DNA of 64,000 nucleotides from Nitrospirota bacterium (GCA_963754875.1 CAVWHO010000007.1:140965-204964), one strand, 5' to 3'; numbered from the stretch's first letter, positions 1 to 10,630 are shown. Numbers and translations are program-made. Notes: generated from the sequence alone by a model not told the origin.

Positions 1-16
1 GTCGGCTCGCTCCCTG

Positions 17-982
17 TTATTCTTTCGACGCTCTTGGATTCACCGCCACGTACACCACGCTCTGGAACAGGCTGCCCATGCGCACGAGGACCGCGGCCAG
101 GATCGCGATGCCCATGATCACCGGGTAGTCCCGGTCCTGCGCTGCCTGCCAGGCCATCCTTCCCATGCCGGGCCAGTTGAACACCTGCTCCACGATCACG
201 GCGCCGCCGAGGATGAAAGGAATTTTGGCCGCGATCATCTCGGTCACGGGGATGAGCAGGCCTTCCTTAAAGGCATGCTTCCAGACCGACGCGCCTTTGG
301 CCTTCGCCGTACGGATGTAGTCCTCGGCCATCACTCTTTCCATTTCCTGGCGCAGGAAGCGGATCACCTCGCTGATCGTTCCGTTCCCCACGCCAAGCAC
401 GAAGATCGGCAGCAGCATATAGAGCCAGCGGTATTTCTGTCCCCCGTTCGAAAACCCGAAAGCGAGCGGAAACAAGCCAAGCTTGTGCGTGAAAAAGTAG
501 ATGACGATGTAGCCCAGCCAGAACACCGGCAAGGCCGAGACCACGTAGGAGAACATGGTGAGGGGCCACGAAAGCCTATTGATGCCGCGAACTGCAGAGT
601 AGAGTGCTAGAGGCACGGCGATAAGGAGCGTTATGATGAGAGAGCCGATAGTAAGCAGGAACGTATTGAGCCCAACGCGCAGCACTTCCGGGAGTACCGG
701 CAGGCCGGTGCGGATCGAAGTGCCGAAGTTCCCGGTGAGCATGCCCATAAGCCAGGATAGGTACTGGGCATACCATCCCTTCGAAACACCAAGCGCCTCG
801 CGCACGCCTGCCCGGGCTTCTGCCGTCGGCGTCTGCCCTTCGAGCAGAACGCTGAACGGGTCGCCAGGGGACAAATAAAGAATGATGAACACCACGAAGC
901 TCACGCCGAGGAGCAGCAGCGCTGTGATCACCAGCTCCCTGGACAGGGCCAGGGCTATGGGCCGGAAGGCAGAAAGCTTCAT
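17..982 (-). CDS. Peptide/nickel ABC transporter permease (DppB/OppB family)
   Basis: N-terminal PGDP motif, multiple TM segments, EAA loop 'EDYIRTAKAKG', 'VEQVFNWPGMG', 'RDYPVI'. Confidence 0.93.
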   Translation of the reverse strand: MKLSAFRPIALALSRELVITALLLLGVSFVVFIILYLSPGDPFSVLLEGQTPTAEARAGVREALGVSKGWYAQYLSWLMGMLTGNFGTSIRTGLPVLPEVLRVGLNTFLLTIGSLIITLLIAVPLALYSAVRGINRLSWPLTMFSYVVSALPVFWLGYIVIYFFTHKLGLFPLAFGFSNGGQKYRWLYMLLPIFVLGVGNGTISEVIRFLRQEMERVMAEDYIRTAKAKGASVWKHAFKEGLLIPVTEMIAAKIPFILGGAVIVEQVFNWPGMGRMAWQAAQDRDYPVIMGIAILAAVLVRMGSLFQSVVYVAVNPRASKE

Positions 983-1083
983 ACGCTCAATCAGCAGAGA
1001 GCATAGCGCAGAGGGCAGGGAGCGAAGACAAGAGATTCAGACGCTTTCAAGCTCTGCCTTCTGCTCCCTGCTTCATGCCGCCT

Positions 1084-2701
1084 CTATTTCTGGTCTTTCT
1101 CCTCCATGAACCAATCATCGGCGTAGGAAAAGAACTTGTAGGGGTGAATGGCCACGCGCCTGATCTTTTTCTGGTATGCAGTATAGTTCGTAAGCGTCCA
1201 GAGGAAGGTATAGGGGTTCTCATCGGCCAGTATCGCGTGGAGCTTCCGGTTGATGGTCCTGCGCTTTTCGTGGTCCAGCGTGAGCTTGCTCTCGTTGATC
1301 AGGCCGTCCACTTCCGGGTTGGAATAGCCGCCGAAGTTGTTCTTCCACGCACCGATCTCGCCGGAGTGAAAAAGAGACGAGATGTCGGCCGAATCGTCGA
1401 ACACCCAGGACGCGAACATGATGTCGAAGTCGTGCTCCAGGAACACGTCCTCCTTCCAGGCCTGCCATTCCTTGAACTCCACGTTGATGTCCACGCCGAT
1501 GTTCTTGAGATAGTTCTTGAACGCGAGCACCACGCGCTTCACGGCCTCGCTCTCCTTCTCGATCGGCACCTTGAGCGACAGCGCCAGTCGTCTTGCCGTT
1601 CTTCTGCATGATGCCATCGGCGCCGCGGCTGAAACCCGCTTCCTGGAGCAGCGCCTTCGCCTTTTCTGGATCAAAGGGAAGAGGCTGCACGTCGAGGTTG
1701 TAGGCCCAGCTGCCGGGCGCGAAGGGGCCGGAGATGATGGTCCCCTGGCCGTTAAAGAACGAATCGAGCATCTCCTGCCGGTTCACGGCATAGGTAAAGG
1801 CCTTCCGCACGCGCTTGTCGGCCAGGAGCGGGTTCCGTACGTTGTAGCCGAAGAACGAGTAGGACAGCGCGTTGTAGGGCTGAAGGATGAATCGCTTGTC
1901 CCCCTGGATCTCGGGGATGTCGCGCGGGTTCACGAGCACGATCATGTCGATGGCGTTGAACATGAGCGCCTGGGTCATGATGTTCTGGTCGGCGAACGGC
2001 TTGGCAATGAACGTGTCGATGTGCGGACGGCCTTTGAAGTAGTTGTCGTTCGCCGAAAGGACGATCTCCCGCTCGGCCGTCACGTTTTTTAGCATATACG
2101 GACCGGTGCCGATGGGGTTCTGAACAAAGGGATCGTCACGGGTCAGATAATTTGGATTGGTCGGCCCGTGCTTCGGGATGATCTTGAAGCTGAACTTGGC
2201 CAGCGCGTTCAGGATCGGCCGCTTGAGCGTGAACTTGACGGTATAGTCATCGACCTTTTCCACGCTGTCGATGAACTCATAGCGCACTTTGAGCGGGGTG
2301 ATGGTCTTAGGATGCATCATGATCTTGTAGGTGAAAACCACGTCATCGGCCGTAAACGGCTTGGGTTCCTCTCCCTCTTTCGGATGCCAGGTCACGTCCT
2401 TCCGGAGATAAAAGGTGTAAATGCGACCGTCCGGGGAACGGTCCCACTTCTCCGCCAGCTCGGGAACGATCTCCTGCTTTTCATTGATCCCGACGAGGCC
2501 GTTGAAGATGAGCTCGGTCAAGCGCAGCGAAATCATCTCGTTGCTCGTGATCGGGTCGAGAGTCGCCGGCCGGCCGTATTCGCCGTAGCTCAGCGTGCCG
2601 CCGTCCGGCCGATTGTCCTTCTTGTGCTCTGCCTGGCCAACAGCAGCCGCTGCCATCACCGCAATGACGCTCAGAAGTAGAACCACCAGCATGCGTTTCA
2701 T
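1084..2701 (-). CDS. ABC transporter substrate-binding protein, family 5 (DppA/OppA-like); +1 frameshift near 1590
   Basis: Signal peptide, 'TLDP', 'FTADDVVFT', 'PIGTGPY'. The C-terminal part (LALSLKVP...YSNPEVD) continues in the frame of ORF 1084..1674. Confidence 0.88.
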
Positions 2702-2773
2702 AATTTCCTCCTCGATAGCATTTCGGAATGCGGATTGCGGAATGCGATTTGAAATCCGAATTCTACAATCTGT

Positions 2774-4261
2774 TCAATTGATCTTCACGTCCCCGGCGCT
2801 CTTGTGTTCCACGGCATAAATGCCCTGCAGCGCTTCCTGGATCTGGCGCACCTCAGGGAATTGCTTGCTCATCTCGAAGTAGATCTCAAGGGCCTCGGAA
2901 AAATTTTTGGTTCGGTAATAGGCTTCCGCGAGATTCACGAGCATGGCCGGATCGTTCGCTTCGATTTTGTTCTTGTTGCCCTTGTCGCGTCCTGCCTCCA
3001 GGTACGAGGCCGCCTTGGCGTAATCAAGCTTCCGGAGATAATACCTGCCGACGGCGATCTTGAGGATAGAATATTTTCTGCCTTCTCCAGCCTCGGCCGC
3101 GGCTGTGGATTTCTTCACCGTCTGCGCGCATTCGGCCCTCAGCCTGCTGCAGGCGAACAGGACCTCCGCGAGAAGATCGGGGTCCTCGGGCTGTTTTCGC
3201 AGGAGTTCGTCCCAGACGCCCACGGCGTCGGTAACGCGTCTTTGCTGGTAAAGGTTGGCGCCCTGCCAGACGCGGATGCGGTCTTTATACTGCTGGGGCA
3301 TCTGCGATGAGGAGACGAAGGCGGCCGTCACTTTTGCAGACTGATCGAGAGACCCGAAGAGCGCATAGGACTGACCAAGATAAAACTCCGCGGCGTCCTT
3401 CACCTTCGGATCAGCCGCTGCTTTTTCCAGGTAGGCGATGCTCGCCTGACCGTAGATTGTCGCCATATCGCCGAGCAGGGTGAGATCGTAAAAGTTGATG
3501 ATCTTAGATTTGCCGAGCGTCTCCCGGTACGAATAGGCCTTGAGTTCCGAACGTTTGAGGAGATCCAGTCCTTTCTCGGTCTGCCCTGCCTTGGCATAGA
3601 CAGCGAGGATACTTTTGACCATGCGCATCGAGAGCGGCTTGCCGGACCGTTTCGCTGCTGCAAGGCTCTCGGCAGCGAGGGCCGCGGGATTTTTATCCGC
3701 AAGACCCGCTTTGCTGTATGCAGCGGCAAGTTCGGCCTTCACCTCGGGATCGGAAGAGTCAATCGCTGACCAGAGCTCCTTCGCTTTCTCGGCTTCATGA
3801 TTCTGATAGTAACACAGGCCGAGACATACCTTGGCCTCGGACCGGTACCGTGGTTCCAGATTCCCGCTCGCTGAAAATTTTTCCAGGTGGATCGCCGCAG
3901 CGGCCGGCTTCCCGGTCTCCATGAGGGCCTCGCCGAGATAGAAGTCGACGAAATGGCTTCTGGCCGGGCCCCGCGCAGCGGCCAGCTTTTTCAAGCAATC
4001 CTGTGATGCAGACGCAGCGGCCTGGAACAACTCGCGGTGCAGCAGGGCATTCTTGAAGTAGACCATGCCGAGCGTCAGGTTGGCTGTCCCCTGTCTCGGT
4101 TGATCGATCGAGGCAGCGTCGGAACGCAGCACTGCAGCAGCATCCTCGTAATGCTGCTTTTCATAAAGCTTCATCGCCTTCGTCACCGCATCATCTGCAG
4201 CAGAGACCTGCACAGCGGTTAGGAGGACAAGAGATGAAAGAAATAATGCGGTACGTCTCAT
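2774..4261 (-). CDS. Secreted tetratricopeptide-repeat protein
   Basis: Signal peptide MRRTALF... after GGAG; repeated TPR-like helices (FYLGEALM, VCLGLCYY, NLAEAYY). Confidence 0.8.
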   Translation of the reverse strand: MRRTALFLSSLVLLTAVQVSAADDAVTKAMKLYEKQHYEDAAAVLRSDAASIDQPRQGTANLTLGMVYFKNALLHRELFQAAASASQDCLKKLAAARGPARSHFVDFYLGEALMETGKPAAAAIHLEKFSASGNLEPRYRSEAKVCLGLCYYQNHEAEKAKELWSAIDSSDPEVKAELAAAYSKAGLADKNPAALAAESLAAAKRSGKPLSMRMVKSILAVYAKAGQTEKGLDLLKRSELKAYSYRETLGKSKIINFYDLTLLGDMATIYGQASIAYLEKAAADPKVKDAAEFYLGQSYALFGSLDQSAKVTAAFVSSSQMPQQYKDRIRVWQGANLYQQRRVTDAVGVWDELLRKQPEDPDLLAEVLFACSRLRAECAQTVKKSTAAAEAGEGRKYSILKIAVGRYYLRKLDYAKAASYLEAGRDKGNKNKIEANDPAMLVNLAEAYYRTKNFSEALEIYFEMSKQFPEVRQIQEALQGIYAVEHKSAGDVKIN

Positions 4262-4358
4262 GCGCGCTCCTGGAATACACTTCAAGGTTCGCCGTGTATC
4301 ATTCGGGACTGCATACACTTCGAACCGGGGTAAAGATCTGTCTTCTTCCTTCCGCTTT

Positions 4359-5618
4359 TCAATCCCTCAGCTTTGCCAGAAAAATCTGGTCCCACTGGTT
4401 GATCTGGGCGCGGAACGCAATGGTCCCGTCCCGTGCGCAGGAAACGTCATGGTTCATCTTCGTATCCGTTTTGAGAGGCACACTCATTTTCAGTTTGACG
4501 TCCGCAACGTAGAGCGGATTGTATTCCTGTCGGTCGTTCTTCACATAGATGATCCGGTTGCTGTCCGGCATCCAGGCAGGCCCGGTTTCCACATCGGCAA
4601 CAACGTCGATTGCCACGGCTTTTGAAGCGAGTCCCTCACCCTCCGTGGGGTCCGAACCGTCCGCGGCAATGACGAAGATAGACCACATCCTCGGGTCCCC
4701 GGCCGCATTGTAGTTGGAATAAAAGGCGATCTTTTTTCCGTCCGGCGACCATACCGGCCGAAGATCGTCATAGGTCCAGGTCGTGAGCTTTCTTTTGGAT
4801 TCCATCGGTTTGGCCACGTCGTTGATAATGACGATGTCGTGGTTTTCATTGCTGCCGTGCATCATCACGAGCTTTTTGCCGTCCGGTGACCATTGGGGAT
4901 AGAGATAGGCCTTGCCTCCCCGTGTCAGCCGCGTTAACACCCGCGTTGCGAGATTAAGAAGATAGACATCACCGTTTCCTGTACGCCCTGACACGAAGAC
5001 TATGCGGTCCTCGACCGGCGACCACTGGGCCTGGCCGTCTTTTTCTCTGTGCCGAGTAAGCCGCACCGGGGCACTGCCACCGAGGTCGAGAAGGTAAATA
5101 TCGTAGTTGCCCTCTCCGCCGTTACTCATGAAAACGAACCTTAGTTCGTCGGGCGACCAGGTGATGCCCGCGTTGTAGCTGGTTTCATCGTACACGCCGG
5201 GAAAAAAGAACCTCATCTCCGAAAGGCTCCGGGACAACAGGTGGAAAACCGTCTGGACCGGCGTACCGTCGGATAACGTGACGCGGATCTCCTTTTTATC
5301 TCCGACGCTCCGTTCAAAGGCAATGAACGTTCCCTGAGGGGACCAGATAGGGTTCGAATCGTTCCGTCCCGATTCGATTGCGACGAGCGGCTTTACGAAC
5401 AGCGGCTCAGCAGCTTCGGGCTTTTCCCCCTCCGCCTGACTTCCGGTCTCCGTCGTGGCGGAAGACAGGTCGGCAGGAACGACCGACGACGGTGCGGAAC
5501 TGCCGCTTCCCGTGTCCGTCGGTGCGGGCAGAACGTCACCGGCAATCGCCGCAGGGACGATGGCCGCTGCAGAGAGCGCAACGGCCCCTAGGGCGCAATA
5601 AAGCTTCCAACCCTTCAC
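4359..5618 (-). CDS. TolB-like PD40 beta-propeller protein, secreted
   Basis: Repeated P.WSPDG..I.F motifs; signal peptide and low-complexity linker. Confidence 0.88.
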   Translation of the reverse strand: MKGWKLYCALGAVALSAAAIVPAAIAGDVLPAPTDTGSGSSAPSSVVPADLSSATTETGSQAEGEKPEAAEPLFVKPLVAIESGRNDSNPIWSPQGTFIAFERSVGDKKEIRVTLSDGTPVQTVFHLLSRSLSEMRFFFPGVYDETSYNAGITWSPDELRFVFMSNGGEGNYDIYLLDLGGSAPVRLTRHREKDGQAQWSPVEDRIVFVSGRTGNGDVYLLNLATRVLTRLTRGGKAYLYPQWSPDGKKLVMMHGSNENHDIVIINDVAKPMESKRKLTTWTYDDLRPVWSPDGKKIAFYSNYNAAGDPRMWSIFVIAADGSDPTEGEGLASKAVAIDVVADVETGPAWMPDSNRIIYVKNDRQEYNPLYVADVKLKMSVPLKTDTKMNHDVSCARDGTIAFRAQINQWDQIFLAKLRD

Positions 5619-5632
5619 CAGGCTAACTCCGT

Positions 5633-8206
5633 TTAAAGGTCCTTGATCTGGTCCCAGTACTTCCGTGCCGAATCCCGTGCCTGATCAAAGGTGCTGTTGC
5701 CTTCGAGGCTCTTGGGGAAGAAGTCGAAGTACTCGCGCCATGCAACATTTGCATTGTTCAGGATGTTGTTTTTCCGCGTGATCTGGTAGAGCTTGTTGTA
5801 TGAAAGGGCCATGTAGTAGTACGTATCGTGCACGGCCTCGTCATAGCGGTCATTCGGGAAGAACCTCATGTTTTGTTTTGCGACCTGGAGGTTCTGGATC
5901 GCTTTGGCGAAGTTCTGCGCCGCAGCCTCGCGGTCAGTCTGGATGAGCGAATTGCCCTTCTCGTAATAGGCATGGCCGAGGTTCATGAACGCCACGGAGA
6001 ATTGCTTATACACGAGCTGCTGGTTCTCGGGCAGCGAGAGCACGTTCTCAAACTCGCGGATGGCCCCGTCGTAATCACCTGTTTCGTCGAGGTAGATCCG
6101 GGCCAGCCGATGGTGCGCCGCGGAATAATCGGGATGGTCTTTCTCGGTGCTCTTGTACGCCATGACTGCACCGTTGATATCGCCTCTCTGTTCCGCCTGT
6201 TCGCCGATCTTGAGGAAGTCCTTGTACAGAACGATCTTTGCAGCGCCCGTGTAGTTCTCCTCTTTCTTGGCAAACTCGACCACCTCTTCCCAATCCCGGT
6301 AGTCCCCGCCGAGCGAGACTTTGACCGTATGGAAGCCGAGGTTCACCGGTTTTCCGTCGAGGATGGGCGTCCTGCCGATCTTGTCGCCGTCCACGTACAC
6401 GTCAGCGCCAGTAGGCCGGGAGTTGATCGTGAACACGGCGTTGTTGACCAAAAGCGTGAATTCTTTGGTGTCCTTGTTCTTCTCGATCGTGACCTTCTCG
6501 GTCACGGGCTGGTAGCCGTGCCGGTACAGCATGAGCGTGAAGTTCTTGTTGAGCCTGACCGGGACCTCGGCCGTGCCGTCGGGAGCGGTCGAGCCGAGCC
6601 ACTCGTCGTTCACGTAGATGTTCACCGCGTTGAGCGGAGAAACGTTGGGAGGCAGGCCTCCCTTGGCCAGGAGGACGAAGTAGTTGCGCACGCTCTCTTC
6701 CTCGCCTTCCCGATAGATGCGCCGGACCACCCGGTCGCCGAAGGCGATCTTCTCGTCTTTTTTCAGGTCCTCCACCTCGGCCCATGACCCGTTCTCTTCG
6801 GATTTCTTGACCCGAAGCCTGCCGGTCTCGCTGTATCCCGATATCTTTCCCGTCTCATCCATGCGCGGCGTCATGAGCGTAAAATCCGTTCCGCTGGAGA
6901 TCTTATAGCCGCTCTTCCCGAGGTTGATCCGGTAACGTTCACCGTCAACGCCGATTACGGCGCCTTCGAAGGGAAATCGCTCGATCACGGCTCTCGCGAT
7001 GTCCTTGGCCGCGCCGTTGATGTTGCCTGCGCTCTTTGCCCGCGTGATCTGGGAGAGGATCAGCGTGCCACCGGAGGTATAGAACTTGGTTTCGATCAGG
7101 AAGCCCTTCTCATCCTTTGAAACGCTGCCCAGGATGATCATGTCAACAGTCTTCCTGAGCGGCGTCTCCCGCCATCCCTTGGCGGTGATCTTATCGATGT
7201 TTAATTTATCGTGTTTCATCTCTGACTGGAGGGTTTCAGACGGGACCTCGCGGAAGCAGGAATATTTATAGAGCTGCGCCGCCACGGCACTTTCGGTCTG
7301 CGTAAGGATGTCGTTGAGATCGGTATTGGCAGTGTTGCTCACGAACCGGTAAATGCCGGTCCTGATCGCTTTTGGTGATGTAGGATAGAAGTACCGATTG
7401 ACGTTGACCTCGTCTTTCAGAACGATGGTGGTCTTCCAAGACTCAGGGATATACCCCGGGGCGGACAGCGTGAGCGGCACCCTCTTGCCCGGCTCACCGT
7501 CGTAGGACCAGGTCAACGCGCCCTTCGCATCGGTCTTGCCCACGTCCTTATTGTTGATGGTTACGCTCAATCCCGGGATGCCGCTCGTCTGGCCGTACTC
7601 TTCCGTACGGGCGTTGATCGTCACGGTCACGCGCTTGGTGAGCTTGGCTTCAATCGTCTGGCCCGGCTCCACGGCCCCGGTCTTGTGCCAGGCTGCATAT
7701 CCAGATTTTTTCACCGCCAGGTCGATGCCGTTCTCGGGCAGGTCCTTGTACTCGTAGACGAACCGGCCGGACCCGTCGGTCTTGCCGACCTCTTTGCCCG
7801 TTGCCCTGACAGCGGCGTCCGGGACCGGAGAACCCTTCTCGGTCACGACAAGTGTTACGAACCGCGTCGCGGGAAGATCGGCCGTCAATGAGTACGTATC
7901 CATGGCCCCTGACTTGGAGAGTTTCATGACGAACGAGCCCTTCCAGGGCTTGATATGATAGCCCGGGATTTCCTTTGAAACAACGACCTCGACGTCCGCC
8001 CCGGGTTTCCTCCTGATGACCCTGGAGAAAACGCCGTTTTCGTCGGTAACGCCTTGTTCTTCATTGTCCACGATCACCTTCGCGTGGGCCGCTGGCTGGC
8101 CGTTCATGCCGGCCTTCACTTTGAGTTCGAGCTTTTCTCCTGCACAGGCAAAGAGCAGGGACGACACCATTACCAGTATCGCTGTATGTACTGCACGCTT
8201 AATCAT
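5633..8206 (-). CDS. Large lipoprotein: repeated beta-sandwich (carboxypeptidase-regulatory-like) domains, PEGA domain, C-terminal TPRs
   Basis: Lipobox LFAC; G.TD..G repeats; PEGA 'INSRPTGADVYVDG..IGRTP'; TPR helices. Confidence 0.8.
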   Translation of the reverse strand: MIKRAVHTAILVMVSSLLFACAGEKLELKVKAGMNGQPAAHAKVIVDNEEQGVTDENGVFSRVIRRKPGADVEVVVSKEIPGYHIKPWKGSFVMKLSKSGAMDTYSLTADLPATRFVTLVVTEKGSPVPDAAVRATGKEVGKTDGSGRFVYEYKDLPENGIDLAVKKSGYAAWHKTGAVEPGQTIEAKLTKRVTVTINARTEEYGQTSGIPGLSVTINNKDVGKTDAKGALTWSYDGEPGKRVPLTLSAPGYIPESWKTTIVLKDEVNVNRYFYPTSPKAIRTGIYRFVSNTANTDLNDILTQTESAVAAQLYKYSCFREVPSETLQSEMKHDKLNIDKITAKGWRETPLRKTVDMIILGSVSKDEKGFLIETKFYTSGGTLILSQITRAKSAGNINGAAKDIARAVIERFPFEGAVIGVDGERYRINLGKSGYKISSGTDFTLMTPRMDETGKISGYSETGRLRVKKSEENGSWAEVEDLKKDEKIAFGDRVVRRIYREGEEESVRNYFVLLAKGGLPPNVSPLNAVNIYVNDEWLGSTAPDGTAEVPVRLNKNFTLMLYRHGYQPVTEKVTIEKNKDTKEFTLLVNNAVFTINSRPTGADVYVDGDKIGRTPILDGKPVNLGFHTVKVSLGGDYRDWEEVVEFAKKEENYTGAAKIVLYKDFLKIGEQAEQRGDINGAVMAYKSTEKDHPDYSAAHHRLARIYLDETGDYDGAIREFENVLSLPENQQLVYKQFSVAFMNLGHAYYEKGNSLIQTDREAAAQNFAKAIQNLQVAKQNMRFFPNDRYDEAVHDTYYYMALSYNKLYQITRKNNILNNANVAWREYFDFFPKSLEGNSTFDQARDSARKYWDQIKDL

Positions 8207-8369
8207 ACGAAGCCTCCTTGGTAAAACGGGACAACGTGAAAAAGCATCAATGCCCTTGTACGAATGTCAAAATCTGACTTTGAGACAGAGCAACGCGGAA
8301 AAGAATATCTCAAGCAACCGCGTTTTCACTGGCTCACCGTGATGTCCGGGAAACACGGACTCCGTCGTA

Positions 8370-8819
8370 TTACATCGTCGGCGGCTGGATGTTCACCTCG
8401 CCGGGATTCACGATCTTGTCCTCGTCCGACTTTGATCCCTCGATGCTCTTTAGCTTGCCTTCGGGGATCTTCCTGAGCTTGAACTCCACTTTCTTGCTGC
8501 CGAACTGGGTGATCTCGACAGACTGCGTCTCGGTCAGGTAGCCGATCCTGCTCGCTTCCACCTTGTACATCCCCGGGACGATGTAGTCCTTCACTGATTC
8601 AAACTTGCCCGCTGCGTCAACGTTGACGGCTTGCGACGCTTTTTCCAGCGTCGTGGTCGTATTGATCATATTCACCACGGTTCCTTGCGGGCTTTCGTTG
8701 GTGATTGGGACCGGCTGCATCTTCGCGTCCAGAAGCTGGACCGTACCGTAGATCTTGGGAGCGCATGATGCCAGGGAGAGCGCCAGTACGGCGAGCAGAA
8801 AAGTGTGTCTTGACTTCAT
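8370..8819 (-). CDS. Small lipoprotein, carboxypeptidase-regulatory-like beta-sandwich
   Basis: SD AGGAGG before ATG at 8819; lipobox LASC; 'PGMYKVEASRIGY'. Confidence 0.75.
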   Translation of the reverse strand: MKSRHTFLLAVLALSLASCAPKIYGTVQLLDAKMQPVPITNESPQGTVVNMINTTTTLEKASQAVNVDAAGKFESVKDYIVPGMYKVEASRIGYLTETQSVEITQFGSKKVEFKLRKIPEGKLKSIEGSKSDEDKIVNPGEVNIQPPTM

Positions 8820-8889
8820 ATCCGATTCCTCCTGTACCGTGAATGTGATGCGGTTAAACAATGATTCTCCGCACCGAAGGTGATGGAAC

Positions 8890-9058
8890 AAAAAAAAGCC
8901 GCCAAATGAACAAAGACAACGTTCTTTGGCGGCTCGACTCGCGTATAAAACAGCATGCACCTTCCGTCGGATTGTTGCGTCGAGCGGAAATATTCCTGTT
9001 TTACGTAGCTTCGTAGCTCTGCGCCCCCAGGTTTCCCGGGGTTTGCTCTGAGCAAAGG
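8890..9058 (-). ncRNA. c-di-GMP-I (GEMM-I) family riboswitch, A20 variant, with intrinsic terminator expression platform
   Basis: Minus strand reads CTTTG-CTCAG-A-GCAAACC-CCGG-GAAA-CCTG-GGGGCGCAGAGC...TCGAGCCG-C-CAAAG. The terminator AGCCGCCAAA...TTTGGCGGCT-T7 overlaps the aptamer 3' strand. Confidence 0.88.
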
Positions 9059-9241
9059 ATATGTTAACCTAGAACTCGATGCAACGACAGTAGAAATTTA
9101 CCATGCCGTCTTCATCTTGTCAAGCGACAGTCTCTTTGAAAAAACGCTTCATAAAAAGCCTGACTTAATCAAAGGTTATCTGGATGACAGCCCGTACGAT
9201 TACACGGTGACATTGTTCCCTGTAATCGTAATCACACAAAT

Positions 9242-9277
9242 AAAAAGGCCATCTGCCTGATCGGCAACGGCCTTTTC
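9242..9277 (-). terminator. Intrinsic terminator downstream of the aminotransferase
   Basis: AAAAAGGCC...GGCCTTTT inverted repeat. Confidence 0.6.
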
Positions 9278-9328
9278 CTGATACGAACTACGCGGGAACT
9301 GGGGGACATCTGGCGTACCATGCTCGGT

Positions 9329-10630
9329 TTACGCTCCCTGCAAATATTCCGTGATTTTTTCCCGCAACGTTCTGAAGACCCACTCGAACTTAGCGTCGTC
9401 CGATTCCAGCAACGTGACGCGGAAGCCTTGCAAATCGCAGTTGAATCCCGTTAGGGGGACCACGCAGATGCCCGTAGCGCCCAGGAGGTAATAAACAAAC
9501 CGCTTGTCGAGCGCAACTTCCTTCACGAGCCTCTCCACCATCTCTTTCGCCTTGGCATTTCCGATGACGAGCTTCTGGTCCGGCGTCAAGGCGTTCGCTC
9601 GAAACATGACTGTCAGGTAAAAGGCACCGTTTGTCTGATTTACGATGATGCCCTTGATGTCCTTCAAGAGGTTGTATGCGATGCGCGACCTCTTCTCGTA
9701 CACTGCATTGCGCTGGGCAATATGGTTTGCATATCGCGCATCACCCATAATGACAGGGATCACCCGTTGGGGAAGTGTCGTCGAGCAGACTTCGAGCATT
9801 TTGTCGTCCACGATACTCTTGATATATTTCGCGAAGACGGGGTCCTTGTCGGCGTTGTAGACCTCGATCCAGCCGCACCGTGCCCCGGGCCAGGGGAGTT
9901 CCTTCGAGATGCCCTTCATCGATATGCCGCAGACGCCGTTAATCACGTCGGCCAGGGGAACGGCTTTTTTTCCGTTGTAGGTCAGGTTGATGTAGATCTC
10001 GTCGCAGACCACGAAGAGATCGTACTGTTTCGCGATGGCCACGATCTCCAGCAATACTTCGCGAGGGTAGACCGCGCCCGTGGGGTTGTCCGGGTTGATG
10101 AGCAGGATGCCGGAGATAGACGGATTGTACTTTACTTTCATCCGCAGGTCGTTCACGTCCGGGTACCAGTGGTTGTGCGGGTCGAGCTGGTAGGACACGT
10201 ACTCCGAACCCGCATGCGATGCTTCCGCCGATGAGTGCGTGCTATAGGCGGGGCTGGGGCCGATGACGCGGTACTCTTTCCGGAGCTGGCCGTAGACCTT
10301 GCTGATTGCGTCACCGAGGCCGTTGAAGAAGATGATGTCCTCTTTCGTGATTTTGACGCCGCCATTCTTGTTCGCTTTCTGGGCGAGGAACTCCCTCGTA
10401 GCATCGAGACCCTTGGTAGGAGAATAGGCGTAGGTCAGGTCTTCTTGCATAGTCGAGGTGATGATGTCCTTGATCCAGTCGGGAAGTTTTTCTCCCTTCT
10501 GTACCGGGTCGCCGATGTTCTCCCAATTGATCTCGATCCCGAGCTTTGCAAATTCCTTTGCAACGGCGACGATCTCGCGGATCTCATACTTAAGTTCATC
10601 GGCGCCGAGTGAAACAATATTATTTCTCAT
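9329..10630 (-). CDS. PLP-dependent aminotransferase class I/II (AlaA/YfbQ-like)
   Basis: 'NIGDP', 'INPDNPTG', 'DEIY', 'GISK...PGARCGW'. Confidence 0.9.
   Translation of the reverse strand: MRNNIVSLGADELKYEIREIVAVAKEFAKLGIEINWENIGDPVQKGEKLPDWIKDIITSTMQEDLTYAYSPTKGLDATREFLAQKANKNGGVKITKEDIIFFNGLGDAISKVYGQLRKEYRVIGPSPAYSTHSSAEASHAGSEYVSYQLDPHNHWYPDVNDLRMKVKYNPSISGILLINPDNPTGAVYPREVLLEIVAIAKQYDLFVVCDEIYINLTYNGKKAVPLADVINGVCGISMKGISKELPWPGARCGWIEVYNADKDPVFAKYIKSIVDDKMLEVCSTTLPQRVIPVIMGDARYANHIAQRNAVYEKRSRIAYNLLKDIKGIIVNQTNGAFYLTVMFRANALTPDQKLVIGNAKAKEMVERLVKEVALDKRFVYYLLGATGICVVPLTGFNCDLQGFRVTLLESDDAKFEWVFRTLREKITEYLQGA

Noticed and set aside
1560..1620. Programmed frameshifting or phase variation in the split genes
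   Set aside because: No slippery heptamers or long homopolymers, and the same +1 pattern occurs in unrelated genes
8820..8960. Extended N-terminus of ORF 8370..8960
   Set aside because: It overlaps the riboswitch and terminator. The SD and lipoprotein signal support the start at 8819
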